The notes beneath the pieces are model-generated. The model did not search any database. It was given only the letters and a program-made list of their open reading frames with translations, and was not told the origin of the DNA. Shown piece after piece: positions 49,706 through 59,457 of a DNA stretch of 64,000 nt; position 1 is the first letter of the stretch; the number at the start of each line of letters is the position of its first letter. The stretch is from positions 1-64,000 of the IMG/VR virus record IMGVR_UViG_3300030419_006925; one strand, 5' to 3'. Made by a program: the position numbers and the translations under genes. The DNA is from a virus.

Positions 49706-49955
49706 AGGTTTCGCTTTTGGCTTCCTTTTTTTGTTGTTTTAAAATTTTTTTGTTCTCTTCAATGTATTCTTTGGTGATTTCTCCAACTTCCGCAGTTGAT
49801 TTTTCCTTTTCAGAATTAACAGTAAACGAAGCTGAATAATCTTTTATCATAGTAGATTTGTTACAGTTTTCACAAATCTCAATGGACTCATTTATACCAT
49901 GAAAAAACACTTTTGTAAAATCACAGTCCGAACACACATACCTGTATCTCGGCAT
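49692..49955 (-). CDS. FmdB-family zinc-ribbon protein
   Basis: MPRYRYVCSDC...CENC. Confidence 0.75.
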   Translation of the reverse strand: MPRYRYVCSDCDFTKVFFHGINESIEICENCNKSTMIKDYSASFTVNSEKEKSTAEVGEITKEYIEENKKILKQQKKEAKSETYEPT

Positions 49956-50158
49956 TATTTGACCATTTTTTCTAACTGATCTGGTGTCACTTCACTATTG
50001 TCAGAAAACCTAACCGTAGGTGGGTTTTTGACAACTAGGCCTTCACCGGACTCTTCAAGTTCAAATCCTTGCAGAATTGGAACTATATCCAACTCATTTA
50101 AAAGTGATTCTTGAAGGGCCATCATGATGGCTCCGAGTGCTTGGTTTGATAAATGCAT
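49955..50158 (-). CDS. Hypothetical protein (67 aa)
   Basis: In-operon ORF with TAATG coupling. Confidence 0.65.
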   Translation of the reverse strand: MHLSNQALGAIMMALQESLLNELDIVPILQGFELEESGEGLVVKNPPTVRFSDNSEVTPDQLEKMVK

Positions 50159-50161
50159 TTT

Positions 50162-50923
50162 CTACTCCTTATTGTTTAAATGATTTTTGCAAATAATAAT
50201 TTTGCAATTTGGGTAAACTGAGACTGAGACTCCGGGTCGGAATGGGCGAGTTTCTCGCTCGGGAATCACGAACTCATCGAATCTCTTTTCCAGTTCTTCT
50301 TGTATTTTTTGCCATTCTGGCTGACTAGTGCCATGAAACTCTAATGCAAAGTTTAAGATCTTTTTATCTATATCATGCTTAAAAATATGCGGCAACAGTT
50401 CGTGTTCTCCGCCTTCACAATCCATCTTTAGGAAATCAATGAAATCAATATTATTTTGCTCAATAATCTCCTTAACAGATATTTGTTCTGGCAGATCTCT
50501 TATTTGTTCGGTATCTGCGTCTGCGGAAAATCTTTTTTCGGAAACATATGAATCATTGTTCTCGAAAAGGGCCTTGTGGCCACCAATCGATGTCGTAGAC
50601 TTCGCGAGACTGGCGGCTCTGTTCTCGCCTATGACTGCCATGTGATGTACTTGAATGTTTTCGTGTCCTTTCAATCTTTCTCGGGCGCGGAGATAATTTG
50701 ACTCTTCTATCTCGTATGCTAGAACTATTGATTCGGGATATCCATCACTAGCTAATTTTGCAAACCAGCCGGTGTTGCACCCTATGTCTACAATGAACTT
50801 AGGCTCTCTCTCAAAGTTGCATTTTTTAAAGCGATAATTATCATCCCTATAAGCTTCGCTTGCCATTCCTCGCTCGTCGCTTCTTATGCTTTGATCATTG
50901 TTGTCCCACTCTTGATATCCCAT
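50162..50923 (-). CDS. FkbM-family SAM methyltransferase
   Basis: VDIGCNTG, AYE, FLKMDCEGGE, EFH. Confidence 0.88.
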   Translation of the reverse strand: MGYQEWDNNDQSIRSDERGMASEAYRDDNYRFKKCNFEREPKFIVDIGCNTGWFAKLASDGYPESIVLAYEIEESNYLRARERLKGHENIQVHHMAVIGENRAASLAKSTTSIGGHKALFENNDSYVSEKRFSADADTEQIRDLPEQISVKEIIEQNNIDFIDFLKMDCEGGEHELLPHIFKHDIDKKILNFALEFHGTSQPEWQKIQEELEKRFDEFVIPERETRPFRPGVSVSVYPNCKIIICKNHLNNKE

Positions 50924-50932
50924 TTGTACTCC

Positions 50933-51184
50933 TTAATTTATATCTGTTTTGACCCATATTCCGGGGAGAGAATCTGCTAGTCTTTTTCCCCAGCCGGGGT
51001 TCGAAGGGTCGGCGGCGTTTCTAATCTGTTTCTCAATTAGAGGCTTGCGATCGACAAAACACCATTTCATCTCTACAATAAGCTCTTTACCATCTTCTGA
51101 GTAATATGCTCTTTGTTCGTCGTGGGGCGCGACATCTGGATTGCCGGCTAAAACATCATCTACCAAGTCTTTAAAATCTGTCAC
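50933..51184 (-). CDS. Hypothetical protein
   Basis: 83 aa in-operon ORF with ATGA coupling. Confidence 0.55.
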   Translation of the reverse strand: MTDFKDLVDDVLAGNPDVAPHDEQRAYYSEDGKELIVEMKWCFVDRKPLIEKQIRNAADPSNPGWGKRLADSLPGIWVKTDIN

Positions 51185-51486
51185 TCGTTGCTCCCAAAAA
51201 AGTTTTCTGAGTTTATGTTTTTATCGTCTATGAACAAGTCATAAATAGGCTTGCCAAATCTTAATTCATGATATTTTACTCCCCATTGGGCGAACTGCTT
51301 CTCTGTTGTATCTCTCCAGTCGATGCCCGTGCCCGTGCCGCGAGCAGTCCAATATACAATTACATTGCCCTCTTCGAAGAGACTATTAATTTTATCTATG
51401 TTCTTCTTAATTGGTCTTGCATCGGTATAGTCCCTATTCTCTGGTGAATCGCAAATTGTCTCGTCTATATCAACGAAGATGATCAT
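51181..51486 (-). CDS. Small HAD phosphatase (EcbF/BcbF capsule-biosynthesis-like)
   Basis: VDIDETI, WTARG, GKP...IDDK. Confidence 0.85.
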   Translation of the reverse strand: MIIFVDIDETICDSPENRDYTDARPIKKNIDKINSLFEEGNVIVYWTARGTGTGIDWRDTTEKQFAQWGVKYHELRFGKPIYDLFIDDKNINSENFFGSNE

Positions 51487-51848
51487 TTATATACCTCTTC
51501 CTTATCGTAAAAATAGTCTTCCTTGTCGAATGCTGTGGAACACAAAACCAACAAAATATCATTTCCAGTTAGATATTCTTGTTGAGCCCAGACCATCCTA
51601 TCGAGAAAGACTACTTTACCCGGCGTTAAAAATACGGTCTCAATGCCATCTCTGGAATGTAGCTCAACCTTGACTTTCCCCTGAACACAGAAGATGTATT
51701 GTTGATCTTCGTAGTGCCCGTGCTTTCCACGAACTTCGCCCTTGGGTGTGTCAGTAATATAATACATTCTTCTTGGAATAAACTTTAAATCAGTCAATTC
51801 CATATATCTTAAAATTCCAGTTTCTTCGGTTCCATTTTTGGATAACAT
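51483..51848 (-). CDS. FdtA/QdtA/WxcM-type cupin (NDP-4-keto-6-deoxyhexose 3,4-ketoisomerase)
   Basis: RMYYI, RGKHGH, Q..FCVQG, LLVLCS..FDKEDY. Confidence 0.85.
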   Translation of the reverse strand: MLSKNGTEETGILRYMELTDLKFIPRRMYYITDTPKGEVRGKHGHYEDQQYIFCVQGKVKVELHSRDGIETVFLTPGKVVFLDRMVWAQQEYLTGNDILLVLCSTAFDKEDYFYDKEEVYK

Positions 51849-51849
51849 A

Positions 51850-52785
51850 CTATTTTTTTCTCCTTAATAAAATTAAATTTGATTTAGGTAGCTGACCTAT
51901 CGGGTACCGCCAGAGATCGTCGAGCCACGGTTTTCTATCTAATACTTCAAATTTCTCTCGCATTTTTACAAAATCATTATAAATTTCTGGTCGCAGTTGC
52001 TTGAATCGTTCGTTAGCCGATGTTGAATTCGGAACGAGTGGGCGACCTTCTCCGGCTCTGTTCTCACCACCATTGTCAAACAAGGTGGTTGTGTCAACGG
52101 TCTCCGGCAACAAGCGAAAATCGAAGACTGCTCGGCCTTGGCCGGGTTTCGTTTTATCCTCATTGGGTTGCCAATGGGTATCCTCAATAATATAAAAGCC
52201 TCCAATTTTTACCAAACTGGCCAAATTAATAAAACTCAACTGTTGGTGGTAAAAAGCATGCGATGCATCATCTATTATGATTTCAAATATCTCTGATGTC
52301 TTATTATACACTTGTTTTAACACTTTCTTAAAGTCTTTATAGCTATCTAAGCTTCCCTGATCTCCTTGAAAGAATCTAAATCTTTCTAAATCAGTATCTG
52401 AGGTTTTTAGCGCATTTATATCGAACCCCCAAATGTCAGCCTTGTGATAGTATTCGTGCCACATTCTTATGGAAGGAAAGTCTTCTATTTTCCTATTCAT
52501 GTTATTCTCGCCATGCTCAGGTCCGCCATTGTTTAGACCAATTTCCAAAATATTAATCTTATCGTGTCGAGAGTATTCAAAATAATGTTCATACAAAAGT
52601 GTAAAGCCGGAACAACATCCGGTTGTGGTGCCCTTGTCGGTTCCAAACTTGTTGGCTAGTTTCGTTAAGGTTAACTTTTGGAAGAAGCTGTTAGTGGGAG
52701 GCATGCCCCACGGGTCGTCATAAGATTCATAAGTTCTGATCGCGGATCCTTCCGAATCATATTCAGTAATCACTTTCTTTCCCAC
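51850..52785 (-). CDS. Class I SAM methyltransferase (sugar O-methyltransferase-like)
   Basis: GTDK, LEIG, GFDI, QGDQG, IIIDDASH, GGFYIIED. Confidence 0.8.
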   Translation of the reverse strand: MGKKVITEYDSEGSAIRTYESYDDPWGMPPTNSFFQKLTLTKLANKFGTDKGTTTGCCSGFTLLYEHYFEYSRHDKINILEIGLNNGGPEHGENNMNRKIEDFPSIRMWHEYYHKADIWGFDINALKTSDTDLERFRFFQGDQGSLDSYKDFKKVLKQVYNKTSEIFEIIIDDASHAFYHQQLSFINLASLVKIGGFYIIEDTHWQPNEDKTKPGQGRAVFDFRLLPETVDTTTLFDNGGENRAGEGRPLVPNSTSANERFKQLRPEIYNDFVKMREKFEVLDRKPWLDDLWRYPIGQLPKSNLILLRRKK

Positions 52786-53696
52786 AATACCTCTTTGATT
52801 ACTGTTTCCACCTCTTCATCCGTCATCATTTCGTGATATGGAATGCTAACAGTAGAGTTTGATTCAATGATAGATAGCGGGAGTGGGGTCTCTGTAGTTG
52901 ATTTGTAGCACTCCACGTCGTGAACCGTCCTGTAATGAATACCACATTGAATCCCCCTTTGCTTCATGTTTTCTATAAAATCATCCCTATCGTCAACTCT
53001 CAATCTGTACAGGTGTCGACTTGTGTTGCTTAACCCAAGCGCACTATTGTAGGCCTCTCGAACTTCATCAAAGCGCTTAGCCTTGGCTTCAAGCTTTTCA
53101 AGATTTTTCAAAGCCACATAAGCCTGTATGGAATTCATATACATTTTCCAGCCGGGAAGAACGAACTTTCTCTCCCAACTGTTATCTTCGAAGTTTGTTC
53201 CATATCTTGAGAGTATTTTTAATCTTCTAATCTTCTCTTCGTCATTTGAGACTATCATCCCCCCGTCAATGCTGCCAACAGGCTTGGTTGGATAAAAACT
53301 AAAAATCATCAGGTCTTCATCGTTTGCTTGTTCGGCAAACTGATTTTTATCTAGCTGTTGTGCCGAATCTATGATCTTATAATCCTCAAATTGGTGAAGA
53401 GTGTATGAGTGCCCTACCCAGTTCACATCATCTCTGTATCTTACGTTGTGTCCTGCTGTTAAAATAGCGTTCGGCACTACGGGCGGAATGATCGAAGGGA
53501 TCTCAATTGTTGTTTTTTCTTGTTCTAATAACGTCATGAAAATAGCCATCGTTGCGCTGTGAATCGAACACGCATATTTGGCTCCAACATAAGAAGCTAT
53601 TTCATTTTCCAATTCTTCCACTATTTTATCATTTAATAGAGGACGAAATTGAGATGTGTCAATCACATAATCGTTGACATGCATTAATTTAATCAT
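52770..53696 (-). CDS. DegT/DnrJ/EryC1/StrS PLP-dependent sugar aminotransferase
   Basis: SATMA, IDSAQ, SFYPTKP...GGMI, GIHY, SIPYH. Confidence 0.9.
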   Translation of the reverse strand: MIKLMHVNDYVIDTSQFRPLLNDKIVEELENEIASYVGAKYACSIHSATMAIFMTLLEQEKTTIEIPSIIPPVVPNAILTAGHNVRYRDDVNWVGHSYTLHQFEDYKIIDSAQQLDKNQFAEQANDEDLMIFSFYPTKPVGSIDGGMIVSNDEEKIRRLKILSRYGTNFEDNSWERKFVLPGWKMYMNSIQAYVALKNLEKLEAKAKRFDEVREAYNSALGLSNTSRHLYRLRVDDRDDFIENMKQRGIQCGIHYRTVHDVECYKSTTETPLPLSIIESNSTVSIPYHEMMTDEEVETVIKEVLWERK

Positions 53697-54397
53697 TTTA
53701 TCTCCAAAGGGGGGCTAAATTTTTTTGAGGTGCTGACAGTCCTAGAATACCCAATACTATCTCCTTTACCCCATTTAAAATTATCAGAAGCGATTTCTAT
53801 TTGTTGAATATCAGACATGTAACTACTAATCTGTTTTCTCCACCAAGGAAATTTTTTAACTGTTAGTCTTGCTGGCTCCCCGTGTTTATTGTGTGACTGC
53901 ATATGGTGTATTGCCAAAATCCATCCTTCTTTGGAGACTCTGTTCATTTCTGATAGTACGCGTAATAAATCTTCTTCCGGAATATGCTCTAAGACTAAAA
54001 AAGAGGTTACTATATCAACGGTATTGTCACCTAGTGGTATCTCTGTTGAATCTCCTTCAAAAAAAGTAATCACATCACTGGCGTATGAATCTGTTATTCC
54101 TAGACCTACACTGGCTATATCAATGCCATAGGCTTTTTTTGCACTAAACGAATTGACTGCATCGTAACAAAATTTTCCAGACCCGCACCCAATATCTAAA
54201 ATAACCTTATCCTTAAGATTAAGTCTTTGATTAATTTTTTTATCATTCACAGAATTTGTAAATAAATCATAAAAAGCACTACCATAGTTTCTTACTAATC
54301 CTTTTGGAGCTTTAGTGCCATTTGGCATTACTGTCCAATCGCATCCTTCAGAGTGTAAGTAGCCATCCACAAAACTAGTTTTTAGTTTTTCATTCAT
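53693..54397 (-). CDS. Class I SAM methyltransferase (Methyltransf_11-like)
   Basis: ILDIGCGSG, GIDI, IPLGDNTVDIV...VLEHI...EMNRV. Confidence 0.88.
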   Translation of the reverse strand: MNEKLKTSFVDGYLHSEGCDWTVMPNGTKAPKGLVRNYGSAFYDLFTNSVNDKKINQRLNLKDKVILDIGCGSGKFCYDAVNSFSAKKAYGIDIASVGLGITDSYASDVITFFEGDSTEIPLGDNTVDIVTSFLVLEHIPEEDLLRVLSEMNRVSKEGWILAIHHMQSHNKHGEPARLTVKKFPWWRKQISSYMSDIQQIEIASDNFKWGKGDSIGYSRTVSTSKKFSPPLEIK

Positions 54398-54681
54398 AGC
54401 TTAATTCTTCCCGTTAACATATCCTTAAACATAATCCAGTCACTAATCTTCGCCTTTACGGGATCACTAAATGCTGCTGGTTTATTTTTTTCAAAAAGAA
54501 AGTGGCCAGACCAAGCAAACGGATAGATCACGAATGGTGCCAGCAATAGCGACCACAATTTCATATTGAGTCCCACAATTAAGCACACATAGGATATTGT
54601 AGCCAATTGACCTACGAAATGAAGCCTACGACACCACTTATTTTGATGTAACGTTAAGTAGTGTTTATAGTATTCATCCAT
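54394..54681 (-). CDS. DUF962/Mpo1-family membrane protein
   Basis: YLTLHQ...RRLHFVG, AWSGHFLFEKNKPA; likely start near 54681. Confidence 0.85.
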   Translation of the reverse strand: MDEYYKHYLTLHQNKWCRRLHFVGQLATISYVCLIVGLNMKLWSLLLAPFVIYPFAWSGHFLFEKNKPAAFSDPVKAKISDWIMFKDMLTGRIKL

Positions 54682-55639
54682 TTCCATCTTCAAGCTCCAT
54701 AAATGTCTGTATGTTATAAAACCTTTTGTCATTTAAGTCTATGTTTCTTTTTTTAACTTCTCGCAATATTTCTCGAATTGATTCTCTCGGGTTGTATCGG
54801 GGTTGAAAATTTAACAACTCCTTAGCTTTCTCGTTTGAAGCCAAATAGTTTCGAACATCTGGCCTGTTCTGTATTTCTACTTCGATGTTTATACCGTTTT
54901 CTGAGAGTTCTTTTTCAACGTCTTCTGCTAGTTTTCCGATGGTGTAGTTTTCTCCGCAAATATTGAACACGCCGGCGATACCATGATCACAAGTAATTGC
55001 CTTCTTGTATGCTTCAGTTACATCTCGAATATCGATTAAGGGGCGCCACAAATTAGGATTATGAACAACTATTTTACCTTGCGTTAGAGCAAACTTGGTC
55101 ATTGTGTTGACCACTAAATCAAATCTCATCCTAGGAGACCAACCGCCCACTGTGCCCTTTCTCATCGAAATGGGTCTGAAGGATTCATCCTGCAGGTTCA
55201 TCAGTGAGTACTCTGCTTGTAGTTTGGAAATACCATATGGATATTGTGGATTGACCGGGCTGTCTTCAGACATAATCTTGTTATCTGTAAATCCATATAC
55301 ACTACACGAACTAGCATACACATAGCGCGGAACTCCAACTTCTTTGCTTATGAAGGCCAAAAATGACGGGGCTGCGGCGTTCTCTATAAAGTTTCTTTTT
55401 GGGCTAAAGTTGGCCATTGGGTCATTGGACAGGCCAGCGAGAAAAACTACTGCGTCGTGTCCTGCGATCTCTTCTCTGGTAAGATCCATTAGGTCTTTGT
55501 GAATCATTCTTACATTTGAATTTAGGTAGTTTCCGAACCAAAACAAATCGACTGCAGTTACTTGATGGCCCTCAGTTGCCATCTCGTTGCACAACCTAGT
55601 TCCCACATAACCTCCACCACCAGCAATTAACACCTTCAT
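54674..55639 (-). CDS. NAD-dependent NDP-sugar epimerase/dehydratase (extended SDR)
   Basis: GGGGYVG, ASSCSVYG, YGISK, RFDLVVN. Confidence 0.92.
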   Translation of the reverse strand: MKVLIAGGGGYVGTRLCNEMATEGHQVTAVDLFWFGNYLNSNVRMIHKDLMDLTREEIAGHDAVVFLAGLSNDPMANFSPKRNFIENAAAPSFLAFISKEVGVPRYVYASSCSVYGFTDNKIMSEDSPVNPQYPYGISKLQAEYSLMNLQDESFRPISMRKGTVGGWSPRMRFDLVVNTMTKFALTQGKIVVHNPNLWRPLIDIRDVTEAYKKAITCDHGIAGVFNICGENYTIGKLAEDVEKELSENGINIEVEIQNRPDVRNYLASNEKAKELLNFQPRYNPRESIREILREVKKRNIDLNDKRFYNIQTFMELEDGNG

Positions 55640-56428
55640 CTACAGACACTCTTCCCTAAATTGATCATAATATTTGTACCAAATTTTAATTGCAGCATTC
55701 TCATTCATAAGAGTAGCAAACCTGATGCAGTTTTTGTTGTTATCATCTCCGTCCCATATCGGACCCCATGGTTTGCGGCGGCCGCTGTAGTGAATTATCT
55801 TTATTAGTTCTTTGTTGTTTTCATAATCTTTTGGATCGCCCTTGCCGCCGGCGCCAAAATTTTGAAAATTATAGGCTTCAGACACGGTGCCCACATCCGG
55901 ATTATTCGGACTGAACATATGCTGACAGGTGACCTGATCTCCATCGGGCCTGTGTTTTATCCCTGTGCTTACAACCAATTCCACCATCTTGTCATAGCAT
56001 TCGCCGGTTAGGTATTTCTCTCCTGCAATCAGCAATCCAAGATTGGGATATTTCCAAATAATCTCAGTCTCATCTTCTATAAGATTAGAAAAGTCTCCGG
56101 TGCACAACATGTCGGCATCTAAATAGACGCTCCTTTTGTATCCAATTTGAGCAAAAGTCTCAAACGAAAGATAAACATCATAATTTCCAACACCATAAAT
56201 TGTTCGTGGAATATGCTCATAAAAACTAGAATCTCTCGGAGGATCAAAAATCGTATCCTTGTGTGCCTTGCGAATGAGATTCATGCTCTTTTCATTCAAA
56301 TTATTATAGGGCACCTTTATATCACATTCATCAAAAACTCTCAAATTCTTTTTTAATGAGTGAATCAGTACCGCGGCCGCTAAAGCAAAATCATCAGAAG
56401 CGGGTATGCAAATAGCATATTTTTTCAT
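55640..56428 (-). CDS. Glycosyltransferase family 8-like
   Basis: VYLDADML, DQ, YN, IIHYSGRRKPW. Confidence 0.85.
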   Translation of the reverse strand: MKKYAICIPASDDFALAAAVLIHSLKKNLRVFDECDIKVPYNNLNEKSMNLIRKAHKDTIFDPPRDSSFYEHIPRTIYGVGNYDVYLSFETFAQIGYKRSVYLDADMLCTGDFSNLIEDETEIIWKYPNLGLLIAGEKYLTGECYDKMVELVVSTGIKHRPDGDQVTCQHMFSPNNPDVGTVSEAYNFQNFGAGGKGDPKDYENNKELIKIIHYSGRRKPWGPIWDGDDNNKNCIRFATLMNENAAIKIWYKYYDQFREECL

Positions 56429-56431
56429 ATC

Positions 56432-57283
56432 TTATACCTTATTTAAATAATCGGCCAAAGGCCTTTTGTGTTCCGGGAGGCTCTCGAAATCCGATAACTT
56501 CATACGTCCTCCAAATGTCTCTCTCCATTCTGTGGGATGTATCCCATAGTATACCGTTAGTATTGTGCGCTCGCCTTGTTCAACCTTTGTTCCCTTGTGG
56601 AACCCGTTCGTATTACCCAGTATAACATCTCCGACGTCACCTTTGCATCTAATAATCCTATCTTTTCCATAAATCGATTCGATATCATTGTGTGTCCAGC
56701 GATATTTTGAGTTCCAACCATTAAATTTTTGTAGATGACTTCCGTGGACATAAGTAAAGGGACCGTTGGCGTCTGTTACATCATTGAGATAAAAGAAAAA
56801 TTTTAAAAGTCTTGGGCTATCTTTGTCGCAATGAAACAAGGTTGTTTGACCATTGCCCGGAATATTTGATTCACTTATCGTAGTAGCCTTGCTTTTTCTT
56901 AGCTGGACATTATTGATTGCGGGGAGGCAATTAAAATAGCTCTTTGCTATTTCTACAACCTCATCATCAAACGCAACATTAAAGACCGAATCACACGTTA
57001 AAAGAGGGTGTGCAACCTGTTCTGTGTAGAAATCATTGTACTGTAATTCTCCCCGAGACTTAATTAGCTCAAACTCTTCCTTAACTGCGGCTAATCTTAT
57101 AGGATCTATAAACCCTTTTATACTCGAATACCCATTTAAATTTACCTCTTCCGCCGCGTGCTTGTACGTATCGCCAATATCAACCGGGTATTTCTCCCTA
57201 CGCTCCTGAATGCATGCGGCGTATCTTTCCACTTCAGATTGACCTCCCCATGCGCATGTCGGATTTATCTTAATTTGTATCAC
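56432..57283 (-). CDS. 2OG-Fe(II) dioxygenase (PhyH-like)
   Basis: FHCD, YLNDV...GPFTYVHGSH, GD...FHKG, distal R. Confidence 0.85.
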   Translation of the reverse strand: MIQIKINPTCAWGGQSEVERYAACIQERREKYPVDIGDTYKHAAEEVNLNGYSSIKGFIDPIRLAAVKEEFELIKSRGELQYNDFYTEQVAHPLLTCDSVFNVAFDDEVVEIAKSYFNCLPAINNVQLRKSKATTISESNIPGNGQTTLFHCDKDSPRLLKFFFYLNDVTDANGPFTYVHGSHLQKFNGWNSKYRWTHNDIESIYGKDRIIRCKGDVGDVILGNTNGFHKGTKVEQGERTILTVYYGIHPTEWRETFGGRMKLSDFESLPEHKRPLADYLNKV

Positions 57284-58113
57284 TTTCTACATCCAAAGTA
57301 TTTTCTTCTAACTTCTGGAAAATCATCAAACATGTGAAATTCAAACTTAAGTTTTTCCAAAAGGTCCAATTGTTGTAGATGATATTTCACTAATTGATGA
57401 TTTGAAATACGGCCGCTGGCGTCAGTTCTGCAATTTTCTGGCTTATTGTATTCGTCTAAATGATCATACAGCGAGAAGAAGTCTGATGAATTCTTAGAAT
57501 TCGCAAAAAACCAGAGGTCTAAAAACCCCTCATCATTGATTGGATAACCCTTGGTGGTTCTCTTAAGCTCTTTGAGCATTGGATGCCGGGCCTGTATTAA
57601 ATCATATAATGGGCCCCGACCTCCTTTGAATAAATCGGTTCCATTTCGATCAACAACCGCAGACCACTTGCCGGCATAAAAATATTCATTATCAAAATTG
57701 TCAAAAATCACATCAGTCTCAAATGCCAAATCAAATCGAGTTGTCATAACGTAGTCATATTTAAAATCATTTTCTTGTTCATGTTTTTGTCTAAGCTCGT
57801 TGACTATTTTGTTAGAATACCACCTACTATAGTGGTTATTTTTGCGTGTATCCTCCCCCTTTACATAATCTGGTATATCGAAGTATATCTGTTCTTCGAA
57901 AAGGCTCTTGGTGGGATTATAAAGCTCCAAAGTCTTATCTTCCAATTCTTTGTCCCAGCAATGCACAAAAACATCAACATCATTTTTGTCAAGTATGTGT
58001 CTTTGGTAGTGTTCGTGCCCTTTTATGAGTACTCTAGGATCTGATTCGAAGAAACCTGATTTTCCTTGTATATTGCCTATTTTTCCACTAAGACATAGTG
58101 CTACTTTACTCAC
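57280..58113 (-). CDS. Putative glycosyltransferase-like protein (VALCLSG...RFD type)
   Basis: KVALCLSG, DVFVHCW, YDYVMTTRFD; this type recurs in polysaccharide loci. Confidence 0.55.
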   Translation of the reverse strand: MSKVALCLSGKIGNIQGKSGFFESDPRVLIKGHEHYQRHILDKNDVDVFVHCWDKELEDKTLELYNPTKSLFEEQIYFDIPDYVKGEDTRKNNHYSRWYSNKIVNELRQKHEQENDFKYDYVMTTRFDLAFETDVIFDNFDNEYFYAGKWSAVVDRNGTDLFKGGRGPLYDLIQARHPMLKELKRTTKGYPINDEGFLDLWFFANSKNSSDFFSLYDHLDEYNKPENCRTDASGRISNHQLVKYHLQQLDLLEKLKFEFHMFDDFPEVRRKYFGCRK

Positions 58114-58477
58114 TTAAAAACTCCTTGATATCTGATAATTTGTTTACGTTTTCGGAATTTAGCGCCTTGTCATCAATCAACAGATCATAATGAATCTTGC
58201 CCATGACCAATTGATCAAACTTGACTCCCCAGTTTTTTAACTGCTCAAAGGTTATATCATATAAATTTGAATATATATCATTTACATTACCAGCGAAACT
58301 GGTCATGCCGCGGGCTGTGTACACTATAATTTTATTGCCCTTTGCGTGACATTCGTTCACTATATCAATCATATCCTTGTTTGGTTCGCATGTGTGATAT
58401 TTTTTAATTTTTCCTTTTTCAGATGTCCTGTAACACAAGACATCATCCAAATCAAATGCAATCACCTTATTGTGCAT
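58106..58477 (-). CDS. Small HAD phosphatase (EcbF/BcbF-like), paralog of 51181
   Basis: FDLDDVL, YTARGM, MGK...IDDK. Confidence 0.85.
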   Translation of the reverse strand: MHNKVIAFDLDDVLCYRTSEKGKIKKYHTCEPNKDMIDIVNECHAKGNKIIVYTARGMTSFAGNVNDIYSNLYDITFEQLKNWGVKFDQLVMGKIHYDLLIDDKALNSENVNKLSDIKEFLSE

Positions 58478-59457
58478 AAAATTTCCTCTATTCTTTGATT
58501 GATTTTTCTTTTAATCTTTGAGTCTATGTTTGGGTATTTCCCTTTTATCTCTTGAAACTCGGGGTTTGCAAAAACATAATGGCCCGATGTCCTTATTATA
58601 GCATACTTTCTTATTTCGTTTACGCTAAAGAGCGCTTTTGCAGGAAGCCATTTTTTCCACTTGTCTGATTCATAACAAAGAGAATACAGTTTTTGGAACG
58701 ATTTTTCATCAAAATGATTTAAAATCTCTTCAATCACACACTGTGTTTCTATTGCTCCAAATTCGGGAGCAATATTTATAGCGTCTAATCCCAAATCAAA
58801 TCTGTTTTTAATCTCCTCTGGGGATAGATAATCTCCATTGTGTTCTTTCGACAAGACACCAAAGTTTTTACAGGTCTCAATCATTTTTGAACAACGCTCT
58901 TCGTCGTATTCGCCTATATTTCGATTTCCCTCAATTCTGGTGCCACCTTGTATAACCGCATATTTAATCTGCGCAAAGGCGGGGCCTAGTATTTTTTTCA
59001 AATCAAATAAGATCTTTTCAAATTCTCTGTGTGAGTATTTTCGAATTGCCTGTTCTGTGCCAATTTCATATAGGCAATTCGAATTTACGCGGTTGCAGGC
59101 TTTGATTAATTCGGCGGTTGCGTTAATTCCGTCTTCTATATTAGTATATTCCTTCCAAGGATCAATATGTATCAGATCAAAACAGGCTTTTGCATCAGCA
59201 ATTAGTGATTGTTTTCCATCATCCATAGTCTTTCCTTGGGCTGGGCCGGCGTGATCTCTTTCTATAATCACCTTGTCTGTTCTATTTCTAACATAATCAA
59301 CAAATTCGGCTGTGGTCCAATTGTTTACGTAGCCGCCGTCATGTTCTATTTGGCGGCGAGATGGGATTAGTCCGATTATATCATCAGAATTGTTGCATTT
59401 TTCAATGACCACATCTACTATATTCTTGCTCATTGGTCCAATAAAAAGTTTAGCCAC
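58462..59457 (-). CDS. GatZ/KbaZ-like TIM-barrel enzyme (putative ketose-phosphate epimerase/aldolase-like)
   Basis: GGY, RDHAGP, IHIDP, EIGTE, KEHNGDY, NIAPEFG parallel the GatZ/KbaZ motifs GDHLGP, IHLD, IGTE, EAHSTDY, KVGP. Confidence 0.65.
   Translation of the reverse strand: MAKLFIGPMSKNIVDVVIEKCNNSDDIIGLIPSRRQIEHDGGYVNNWTTAEFVDYVRNRTDKVIIERDHAGPAQGKTMDDGKQSLIADAKACFDLIHIDPWKEYTNIEDGINATAELIKACNRVNSNCLYEIGTEQAIRKYSHREFEKILFDLKKILGPAFAQIKYAVIQGGTRIEGNRNIGEYDEERCSKMIETCKNFGVLSKEHNGDYLSPEEIKNRFDLGLDAINIAPEFGAIETQCVIEEILNHFDEKSFQKLYSLCYESDKWKKWLPAKALFSVNEIRKYAIIRTSGHYVFANPEFQEIKGKYPNIDSKIKRKINQRIEEILCTIR

Noticed and set aside
6328-51248. CTATTTAT copies at 6328 and 51241
   Set aside because: They lie inside coding sequence and are not adjacent to a structural-gene RBS; consistent with chance occurrences.
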